DNA of 11,489 nt from an uncultured archaeon (GTDB lineage: Archaea; Asgardarchaeota; Lokiarchaeia; Sigyniarchaeales; SOKP01), in contig CAYLZE010000139.1 in NCBI GenBank assembly GCA_964388035.1, positions 1 through 11,489 on the forward strand. Direction: 5' to 3'. The translations under genes and the position numbers were made by a program. Below, piece after piece: positions 1-7,258 of the stretch (position 1 is its first letter; every line of letters starts with the position of its first letter). Under the pieces are notes generated by a model, which saw nothing but the letters and a program-made list of their open reading frames with translations, was not told the origin of the DNA and ran no database searches.

Positions 1-179
1 AAATTCATCGATAAATAACGGTTTGATAAATTATAAGAAATTTCTTATTTGATTAAATCATTAAATCTCATGATTCTTGGAGAGTCATTTCTTTTTAAAA
101 ATTGGACTCCTAATTCTTTTTACTTTAAGAAAGAAATAATTACAATATTGGAGCACGTGATACGCTCTAATCATCGTAA

Positions 180-1199
180 TTGAAACAAATCTTAAAAAAT
201 GAGAGTGACTTTTTGTATATCATGGAGAGCAAAGAAAAACTGCCATCAATGAAATTTTCGGGAGCTTCAATGCTTGGGAATATTAGTACAAAGCGAGATA
301 TTATAATCTCTGGCGGCTGTAAAGTCGATGGTGATATTGAATGCAATTCCTTTAAATGCTCTGGTTCCGTTGTTGGAGCCGGAAATATAACCGCTCATGG
401 TAATTTTAAAACTTCCGGGAGAATGAAGTTAGAAGGTAACGTTAGAAGTGAAGAAACTTTTCATTCCTCGGGGTCAGTTACCATCAACGGGTCAGTATAT
501 TGCGGGAAGATTTTTGATGCTTCGAGCTCCGTAAATATTAGTGGCTCTGTTCAATGTGGTGATAAATTTCTCTCGTCAGGTTCCGTAAAAATAGGGGATT
601 TTGTGGAGTGTGGAGGAGATTTTAAGAATTCAGGAGGAGCTAAAATTCAAGGTAAGCTTTTCGTACATGGCTCTCTACATTCTTCAGGTCGAATGAAGGT
701 ATTTAGCTTTATTAAATGCGAAAAAGATGCAAAATTTAGTGGAAGTACAAAAGTTCAAGAAGATATCACGGTAAATGGTGTCTTAAATGCATCGGGTCGT
801 ATAGAAGGTGAATTTGTCAAAGCCAAAAAAGGAATACAATTATCTGGAAAAACGGAAATTTTCAATGATTTAGAATCTGAAGAGTATATCAATGTCATGG
901 GGGGATTAAGAATTGAAGGAGATCTCATTGCGAAACGAGTCTTTTTTAAAGATAATAAGTTTTGGATTATTAATATTAATCCGGATAAATATTATCGTGA
1001 GATAAAAGGCAACATTGAAGCAAAAGAGAGTGTTGATATTAATCGTGCATTTGTAGAAGGAAATATAAAAGGGAGAAGCGTAAGTATAGGAAGGTACTGT
1101 AAAATTATAGGGAAGATCTTCTATGCTGATAAGATAATTGTAAACAAATCTGCCGAATTAGCAAATGATCCTATTAAAATTGATGCTAATCAGCTCTAA
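180..1199 (+). CDS. Polymer-forming cytoskeletal (bactofilin-like, YhbE/YhbF-type) right-handed beta-helix protein
   Basis: 339-aa ORF from TTG 180; in-frame ATG at 222 is an alternative start. It has about 11 tandem 17-18-aa repeats of the form (F/L)xxSGxxx(I/V)xGx(V/I)xxxxx, e.g. FKCSGSVVGAGNITAHGN, FKTSGRMKLEGNVRSEET, FHSSGSVTINGSVYCGKI, FLSSGSVKIGDFVECGGD. The C-terminal 'VEGNIKGRSVSIGRYCKIIGKIFY' segment is typical of extended bactofilins. Confidence 0.8.
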   Translation: MKQILKNESDFLYIMESKEKLPSMKFSGASMLGNISTKRDIIISGGCKVDGDIECNSFKCSGSVVGAGNITAHGNFKTSGRMKLEGNVRSEETFHSSGSVTINGSVYCGKIFDASSSVNISGSVQCGDKFLSSGSVKIGDFVECGGDFKNSGGAKIQGKLFVHGSLHSSGRMKVFSFIKCEKDAKFSGSTKVQEDITVNGVLNASGRIEGEFVKAKKGIQLSGKTEIFNDLESEEYINVMGGLRIEGDLIAKRVFFKDNKFWIININPDKYYREIKGNIEAKESVDINRAFVEGNIKGRSVSIGRYCKIIGKIFYADKIIVNKSAELANDPIKIDANQL

Positions 1200-1215
1200 A
1201 TTATAAATTATTTAG

Positions 1216-1311
1216 TTTTTAAGATATTATATTAATTTTTTATACTTGAAATTGTTGACTCCTGGTTTTAAGGTCCCTGTCAAATAAAAAAAAAAATAGA
1301 AATAAAAGAAA
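1216..1311. terminator. Probable bidirectional oligo-T terminator region between convergent genes
   Basis: 121-bp gap between stops at 1199 (+) and 1321 (-). T-runs on + at 1216-1220 and 1236-1241. An A11 run at 1286-1296 inside an A-rich tract reads as T11 on the - strand about 25 nt after the operon's last stop. No GC-rich hairpin, consistent with archaeal-type termination. Confidence 0.45.
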
Positions 1312-1320
1312 GTTAATCGC

Positions 1321-3363
1321 TTAACTATTTAGAGCTTTTTCATGAGCTTTTGCATTTAATGGCAATAAGGGAGCACAAGCCATTAGCTTGGTCACATCCC
1401 CCTCAATAACATAGGTTCCTGCCATAGTAGCTTCAATAGGATTAGATTCTCCAGAATTCACTTTCTTAATGGTCTCAAAATTAGTTTTATGTAAGATTTT
1501 CGGGACTTCAGGTCCAGAATACTCTCCCATCCCCCATTTCATTGAATCTTTTTCGATTTTTTGCCAATAATCCATCTCTGGTCTATCGCTAATCTTGTAT
1601 TGAAATACCAGAGGAGCAACTGGTTCTAACATCGACTTCAAATCTGGCAGCTCATTATAAGCTTTCATGAAGCGTGTAAGATACGCTTCCCATTCTTCTT
1701 TAGTGTTCATTTTAGACATCACATCTTCTTGTTTTTTATTATTTTCTTTTATTTTTATAGGTTCAAGTTTCAAACCTTGGTTTTCAGCCTTTTTATTAAT
1801 TAAATTAGTTCCATATGGTAATGATTTTATAGATTTAATTTCCGCCTCGCTTATATAGAGCGAGGGATCAATACCTTTTTCAATGCAAAAATCAAGGAAA
1901 TCATGCTTAAAAGGCTGAGGAACTAATTGAAACGTTATTGAGATAATCAAATCCTTAGTAACGACTCTCATGTTATTTTTCTCTGCTGTTCTTTCAGCAG
2001 TAAATCCAATTCCTTTTTTTGCAGCGAGGTGCATGCTTTCGGGGACAATTATCATGGTTTCTTCAAGGAATTTTTCTGCATCAGAATCCCATTGAATTCC
2101 AAAATAGGAATCGCTTTCTGCTTTCTTAATGGGAGGTTCTAATTGTCTTTTTTCTTTGGGAAGATACATTTCTCCCCTATTTAAATAATCGTAGAGAAAA
2201 GCCATGTAATTTCGATAGGACTGATTACTTGCTCCCGAAGGAACGAAATACGCTTTATCAGCGAATTGATCGCAATAGTGACATGTTATCCCGCAGATTT
2301 CTGCACATTTCTGTCCTTTATAGGGAAGATTTTCGATAAAATCTTCTAGCTCCCCACTCTTGAGCTGGGCATTAAAATCAGGGACGCTTAACAAGATGCT
2401 TTGATTATCTGCATCCACACCCATTTTTTTCTCTCTAATAGAAAATTCCGAGAATTGATTTCCCGCCAGTTCCAAGGGATCTGAAACAAAAGAATACCCA
2501 TTAAAAATTTCACCTATATTACCCTCGTGAAATTTTCTACTATAGGCGGTTAATGCTCGATACAACCAATCAGTACCATATCGTCGTCCTGAGATTTTAA
2601 AATAATCAATCCCAATATCGATGTATTTATCTATATCTGAAGGTTGAATCCATTTGCACATGATTATTTGGGAGGGATCGAGTGCTTTTTGATTTTGACA
2701 AGCAATGGTTGCCCAATCATTGTAATATCCTTCTAATTTATCATGGGTTTGACTTGCATGCGAGCATTCCGTATAATGAAAGAATCGAAATGGACATTCA
2801 TTTAAGCAACAATCATTCGTTAATAATTCTATATCACATTTTATTTTCTCTCTAATCTCCTTGAGTAGGGGAAAATTTCGATTTAACATTATAGATAAAG
2901 TAATAACTCCCTCCCGTCCCACTATTTCCTCCCATTCTAAAGCTCTTGAGAGGGAATTCACTTCAGATATGACCGAAACTTTCAATTTTAATTTTGGATG
3001 GTAAATTTTTGCAAAGTTCGCTAAATATGGATCCGTTACTGTTAAATATTCAACATTTAAATCTTCTAACCAATCTAATTCTTTGAGTGCTAAAGCTTGT
3101 TGCTCTTGATTAAACATGTAAAAACCTAAACACATGCCATTCCATAACCACGTAAATTTTAACCCCATTTCATGGACTTTATTAATAAAATCTTCAATTT
3201 CGGATTTTTGCCTTTTTGCCATTAAGAAAAATGGTCTGCCTGACCCTGTAAAACTTAGATCAGAGGTTCCATACAAATCATGAACTTTTTCAATTAAACC
3301 TGGTTCTTCTCCGATTTTATTTAATAAATCCATTTTCCAGTTACATGCTAGCGATATTCTCAT
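1321..3363 (-). CDS. U32-family Fe-S protein (putative O2-independent hydroxylase) fused to a PCP_red/DUF2621-like module and a C-terminal SCP2 lipid-binding domain
   Basis: 680 aa. Residues 1 to ~400 carry U32 signatures: LWNGMCLG, VTDPYL, KVSVISEVNS, LNRNFPLL, NDCCLNECPF-x3-H-x4-SH, WIQPSDIDKY, GIDYFKISGR, and a C-terminal CAEICGITCHYC Cys cluster. Residues 423-503 are the shared module (IQWDSDAEKFLEE...VP...AERTAE...VPQPF...GID). Residues ~549-680 are SCP2-like (SGESNPIEATMAGTYVIEGDVTKLM). The start overlaps the upstream stop (ATGA). Confidence 0.85.
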   Translation of the reverse strand: MRISLACNWKMDLLNKIGEEPGLIEKVHDLYGTSDLSFTGSGRPFFLMAKRQKSEIEDFINKVHEMGLKFTWLWNGMCLGFYMFNQEQQALALKELDWLEDLNVEYLTVTDPYLANFAKIYHPKLKLKVSVISEVNSLSRALEWEEIVGREGVITLSIMLNRNFPLLKEIREKIKCDIELLTNDCCLNECPFRFFHYTECSHASQTHDKLEGYYNDWATIACQNQKALDPSQIIMCKWIQPSDIDKYIDIGIDYFKISGRRYGTDWLYRALTAYSRKFHEGNIGEIFNGYSFVSDPLELAGNQFSEFSIREKKMGVDADNQSILLSVPDFNAQLKSGELEDFIENLPYKGQKCAEICGITCHYCDQFADKAYFVPSGASNQSYRNYMAFLYDYLNRGEMYLPKEKRQLEPPIKKAESDSYFGIQWDSDAEKFLEETMIIVPESMHLAAKKGIGFTAERTAEKNNMRVVTKDLIISITFQLVPQPFKHDFLDFCIEKGIDPSLYISEAEIKSIKSLPYGTNLINKKAENQGLKLEPIKIKENNKKQEDVMSKMNTKEEWEAYLTRFMKAYNELPDLKSMLEPVAPLVFQYKISDRPEMDYWQKIEKDSMKWGMGEYSGPEVPKILHKTNFETIKKVNSGESNPIEATMAGTYVIEGDVTKLMACAPLLPLNAKAHEKALNS
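1855..2097 (-). repeat. Shared ~80-aa module, copy 1 (internal, between U32 and SCP2)
   Basis: IQWDSDAEKFLEETMIIVPESMHLAAKKGIGFTAERTAEKNNMRVVTKDLIISITFQLVPQPFKHDFLDFCIEKGIDPSLY; W3, P19, A34, P60, F63, G75, D77, Y81 in register with the other copies. Confidence 0.8.
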
Positions 3364-4517
3364 TTTTCCTTTTTTCCTACTCCTTTTTGAATTTCGCCTA
3401 TTTTTTTATTTATCAAAGTAAGCATTCTTTCTTTTTGATTTGGATCCTTAACTATTATCTTTTTATTGAAATCACTACAGTATTGACTTATTTGCTCCTC
3501 GAAGGGAAAAGGAGCATTATATGGAAAATCATGACAGAAATCTTTAACATTTAAAGAATTGAACTCGTAAATTGACGCATTCATCGTATTTGGATCCCAA
3601 TAATCTCCGTAAGGAGTAGGAATCCGAATATAATCGAATAAATTGAGATCTGTGGATTTCTCCATGTAAGATTTCAAGATATTCATGATTTTCGAAACTG
3701 ATAATTGATATGTGGAGAAAAAGAAATAATTAAAGCCTAGATTTTCATATTCAATAATATTCCAAGGAGAAACCCAACCACCTTTTAAAAAGCTAACAGG
3801 TTTCTCAATTCGCTGCTTCCAACAATTTAATAGGGAATAATCATAACCATCTTGAACATCTGATACATTCATTTGATCCCAAAAGATAGGTGAATTAATT
3901 GTTCTATGACTTTGTAAATTATGATGTTGATACCAATAGATACACCCCCAATTACACCCAATATTTAAGGGGATTATAAAATCCAACGATTTTCCGTTGT
4001 TTGACTGAGCTTTCATCTTCATGAAATTTTTGAGAGAGTTAAAAGATCTAATAATATCGGGGTGGAGAATAATAGAATGTGCACCAATGTTTGAAAAAAT
4101 TCTTGCTCGATTCATTGATGTAATATATTGGGAATATGATACGTAGATCTTCGCTCCTTGATACTGTTCCTTAAAAAACCCAACATTATTGGGAGATGAT
4201 AGTAAAATTTCGGAATATCCTATTGTTTTTAATGATTGTAAGAGTTGCATTGTAGCTTTATTATGTTCCGAATGAGCTTCAAGATTACCTTGGCAAGTAG
4301 AGTCCAAACCGGCTATAGGTATAATGCCCATTTCCTGAATAACTTTTGTATATTCTTCAAATTCTGAAAAAGAGTACTGCTTAAAAGGCAGGAAAATCGA
4401 ACTATTTCCAATCGGGGTATTAGGGACGTGAACTACCACGTGACTAACTGGTATCTTCTTTTCTTGAATTTTATAGATTAAATCTTTATTATAATTTCCT
4501 TCGAGTACAAATTTCAT
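3360..4517 (-). CDS. Divergent U32-family protein (probable partner subunit of the adjacent U32 enzyme)
   Basis: I place the start at ATG 4517 (MKFVLEG, 385 aa), with GAGGA at 4531-4535, rather than 4622, which would overlap the upstream gene. It is colinear with the 680-aa U32: LDSTCQGN, IILHPDIIRSF, NIGCNWGCIYWYQHHNLQSH (same N-x-x-C-x3-C-x5-H-x4-SH), LLNCW, WVSPWNIIEY. It lacks the KISGR motif and most of the C-terminal Cys cluster. Confidence 0.75.
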   Translation of the reverse strand: MKFVLEGNYNKDLIYKIQEKKIPVSHVVVHVPNTPIGNSSIFLPFKQYSFSEFEEYTKVIQEMGIIPIAGLDSTCQGNLEAHSEHNKATMQLLQSLKTIGYSEILLSSPNNVGFFKEQYQGAKIYVSYSQYITSMNRARIFSNIGAHSIILHPDIIRSFNSLKNFMKMKAQSNNGKSLDFIIPLNIGCNWGCIYWYQHHNLQSHRTINSPIFWDQMNVSDVQDGYDYSLLNCWKQRIEKPVSFLKGGWVSPWNIIEYENLGFNYFFFSTYQLSVSKIMNILKSYMEKSTDLNLFDYIRIPTPYGDYWDPNTMNASIYEFNSLNVKDFCHDFPYNAPFPFEEQISQYCSDFNKKIIVKDPNQKERMLTLINKKIGEIQKGVGKKEK

Positions 4518-4560
4518 ACTTATACTAAAATCCTCATTTTTAATTAAAAATAAAAAAAAA

Positions 4561-5733
4561 TTATTTATAGGAGTTAATTCCCGCTTGAGCCCCCATGAGA
4601 AGGAAATCCACCATTGTTCCATTGTAATCGTTCTCTATCTTATAGTAGATTCCTTTAGGAGCAAAGGTAACTCCATATATGAACTTATGAATTTCACTTT
4701 GAAAGGGGGAGGTATCCACGAATTTTTTAATAAGCGGATGAAGTTCTGTAGGCACCTCATCAGCATTTTGACATGTTATGCCAAAACAAATCCTTTCAAC
4801 CTTATTTGAATCCCAACTAAAGGTATAATTTAGATGAGCAGCTTGAGCACATTTTTCCATGATTTCATCAGAAAGTAAGGTAAATCCTAAATCACTAACT
4901 AATCCTTTACAAGCATCTAATGTGTTGTTTTCCGGATTGCTGAGCATGAAATAGATATTAGTGGTTTTATTGGAAAAATCGAATGCAAAAAGACTAAAAA
5001 TATCTAATCCATGTTTTTTAAAATAATTACTATAATTTTGAACACTTTTAGGATAATATTTCATCGAAAATATCGGATCGATGGTTCCTGGTACCACAAA
5101 AGGCCATATTTTGGATAACCCTATTCGAGTATCTAAATCAATTCCGTATCCCATGATTTGAAATGTATTTATCGCTTCTTTTATCGCATCATGAATTATA
5201 TGACCGTCATTTTGAATAAGCCCTTTCTCAATCGCTGTAGTATATGCATCAGGATCATGCATTTGCATTAATTCTACATATCGTATCGAAACATCTCTTT
5301 TTTCCACTGGTTTAGTAGTAGTACGGATAGATATGGAAGAACCCGTGAAAAATTGTTTATAGGCTTCCAAAACTTGCCATATTGCCTCTTTATCGTTGCT
5401 AACACCAACCATACTGCATATTTGTATGGTATCCTCCACCATTCGTTCGAGATTATTATTGCATTTGAAATCTCCCTTTACTTTTGCTAAATATCTATTA
5501 TAATCTACTCCTAGATCCTTTAAATCTTGAATCATAGTAGGCTGAAAAGCGGGGGGAGTAACTTCAAATAATGCTGCTACTAAATCCACTTCTGAAACTT
5601 CCGTTCCTTTCCTCTCCGCGCATTTCTTCTCTGCACCACCAGCCAATGCTGGTCTTATGATCGGTCGAACAGTTTCTGGTATTCTATTGACCGCTTTTTC
5701 ATAAAGATTTCTAACATCTTCATTCCATTTCAT
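4561..5733 (-). CDS. Soluble aromatic prenyltransferase, ABBA/PT-barrel family (NphB/CloQ/PTase_Orf2-like), with an N-terminal PCP_red/DUF2621-like module
   Basis: 390 aa. Residues ~92-390 match the NphB-type motif order recalled from memory: GIDLD..GLSKIWPF (cf. AIDGE..GFKKTYAFF), FKKHGLD (FARYGLD), DFSNKTTNIYF (DYKKRQVNLYF), LVSDLG (LVRELG), TFSWDSNKVERICFG (TLNWETGKIDRLCFA), IYGVTFAPKGIYYKIENDY (VYGLTLSPKEEYYKLGAYY). Residues 1-81 are the shared module. Confidence 0.88.
   Translation of the reverse strand: MKWNEDVRNLYEKAVNRIPETVRPIIRPALAGGAEKKCAERKGTEVSEVDLVAALFEVTPPAFQPTMIQDLKDLGVDYNRYLAKVKGDFKCNNNLERMVEDTIQICSMVGVSNDKEAIWQVLEAYKQFFTGSSISIRTTTKPVEKRDVSIRYVELMQMHDPDAYTTAIEKGLIQNDGHIIHDAIKEAINTFQIMGYGIDLDTRIGLSKIWPFVVPGTIDPIFSMKYYPKSVQNYSNYFKKHGLDIFSLFAFDFSNKTTNIYFMLSNPENNTLDACKGLVSDLGFTLLSDEIMEKCAQAAHLNYTFSWDSNKVERICFGITCQNADEVPTELHPLIKKFVDTSPFQSEIHKFIYGVTFAPKGIYYKIENDYNGTMVDFLLMGAQAGINSYK
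5491..5733 (-). repeat. Shared ~80-aa module, copy 2 (N-terminal on the prenyltransferase)
   Basis: MKWNEDVRNLYEKAVNRIPETVRPIIRPALAGGAEKKCAERKGTEVSEVDLVAALFEVTPPAFQPTMIQDLKDLGVDYNRY. Confidence 0.9.
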
Positions 5734-5800
5734 TTTTTAAACCTATTTAAATCCTATTACTTTTTGGTTATTTTATTCAATTTTTATGTATATTCTCATT

Positions 5801-7216
5801 TTATGTCTGATATTTTGCAAATTGAATATTACTCAATTCCGCAAAACCATCGGGATTGTTTATCCCTAATCCAGGTGCCATCCACCGGGTATTAATGGAA
5901 CAATATTCTCTAATTACCTTAAAAAGTTCAGGTTCTTTGATATTTGGGGATATATAGAATTTTGGTCTTAGTAGATTTTGGTTTTCTTGTATTATGCCCT
6001 CTTGTTCTGCTAATAACTGAAGTTGGGTGTGAGGATAAATTCGTAAGCCAATAAAAAGCAGTACATCCCCATCACCTTGCCATGCTCTTGCTTTATAACT
6101 CTCGATAGTTTGTAATGAATCGAGAGAAGTGCGGACAGTCTCTAAGGTTTCTTGCGGTCCACCCACTATCATGTGAATTAATTGTTCTATCTCGAGCTCA
6201 AAGCATTTCTCAGACGTAAGGATTGCATCTTCGCTTAATCGATCTTTTTGCATGTATTGAAGCATTTCATTTGACAATGATTCCATTCCCGTTGCCAAGT
6301 GTATTGCCCCACTTTGTTTCATTAACGGCATTATATCAAGAAAATTTTTATCCGGAACATAATTTGCTCCCCAATTTAAATCAAGATCTTTCTTTACTAT
6401 TTCTTGACATAAACTTTTAATATATTCACGATTTAAATTAAAGACACTATCAACAAAAAAAACATTTTTTATTCCATAATTATTTATCAATGAATCTATT
6501 TCTTCTACAACTTTTTTCTGAGATCTATATCTTACATTTGAGCCCTCGATATATCTGTAACTGCAATAAATGCAGTGTTTAGGACACCCTCGTTTTGTTT
6601 GGATATTGCCCCAAACTTCCCCATTTTTATCTAAAGGGTTAATCAAATATGCTTTATTATCAATTAGTTCTCGAGCGGGGTTTGGTAAATCATCCAAGTT
6701 ATTCACTCGCCAAGGAGGCTTCTCATGATAATTTCCCTTGGAATCTAAATAACAAATTCCCTTTTCTAATTTTCGAATATCTTCGCCATTTTCTATTTTT
6801 TTTAAGATTTCAGCAAACACATATTCCCCATCGCCGATAACACCGTAATTATGATTAAGATCTTTTAAAATTTCTTCGGAAAAAATTGAAAATCCCGCTC
6901 CTCCGAGAATAATGGGAATTTCTGGCTCAGCAATTTCCTTAATGTACTGAATTACATTTCGAGCTGGTAAATAAAAAAATAAATTTCCAGGATATGTTGT
7001 TGAATCTATATTACGTAAGGTAATTCCAATGACATGTGGGCTAAAATTTTCAATAGCTCTTGAAATATCATTTCTCGAATCATTACTATTTGTTAAATCC
7101 AGTATTTTAACTTGATGACCTTGACTAAGTAAATAAGAGGCAATATATGCTTCTCCTAATGGGGGTGCCATGACATGAATTAACTCTCTACTCACTGAAA
7201 TCATTAATGCTCGCAT
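5801..7216 (-). CDS. Cobalamin-binding radical SAM protein (class B; probable C-methyltransferase)
   Basis: Likely start is ATG 7216 (MRALMIS, 471 aa) with GAGGA 7 nt upstream. N-terminal B12-binding Rossmann motifs: PPLGEAYIASYL, GITLRNIDS, IILGGAGFS, GDGE. Radical SAM core: QTKRGCPKHCIYC (CxxxCxxC), FVDSVFN, GMES, GGPQET, GLRIYPHT, PKFYISP. Confidence 0.9.
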   Translation of the reverse strand: MRALMISVSRELIHVMAPPLGEAYIASYLLSQGHQVKILDLTNSNDSRNDISRAIENFSPHVIGITLRNIDSTTYPGNLFFYLPARNVIQYIKEIAEPEIPIILGGAGFSIFSEEILKDLNHNYGVIGDGEYVFAEILKKIENGEDIRKLEKGICYLDSKGNYHEKPPWRVNNLDDLPNPARELIDNKAYLINPLDKNGEVWGNIQTKRGCPKHCIYCSYRYIEGSNVRYRSQKKVVEEIDSLINNYGIKNVFFVDSVFNLNREYIKSLCQEIVKKDLDLNWGANYVPDKNFLDIMPLMKQSGAIHLATGMESLSNEMLQYMQKDRLSEDAILTSEKCFELEIEQLIHMIVGGPQETLETVRTSLDSLQTIESYKARAWQGDGDVLLFIGLRIYPHTQLQLLAEQEGIIQENQNLLRPKFYISPNIKEPELFKVIREYCSINTRWMAPGLGINNPDGFAELSNIQFAKYQT

Positions 7217-7258
7217 GTTCAAATCCTCGCTATATTTGTAATTTTATTTCAATTTTAA

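Noticed and set aside
1321-4517. Calling the U32 proteins collagenase-like proteases, or naming the genes ubiU/ubiV/ubiT
   Set aside because: Characterised U32 members are Fe-S hydroxylation factors rather than proven proteases. The Cys spacing and domain architecture differ from UbiU/UbiV, so the relationship is an analogy and not demonstrated orthology.
4518-4622. N-terminal 35-aa extension (MEQWWISFSW...) of the 420-aa ORF
   Set aside because: It overlaps the prenyltransferase 3' end and crosses the poly-T spacer. ATG 4517 has an upstream GAGGA and aligns with the start of the paralogous U32.
4561-5733. Methanophenazine biosynthesis as the specific function
   Set aside because: Some ABBA enzymes prenylate phenazines, but there are no phz-like genes here and nothing identifies the substrate.
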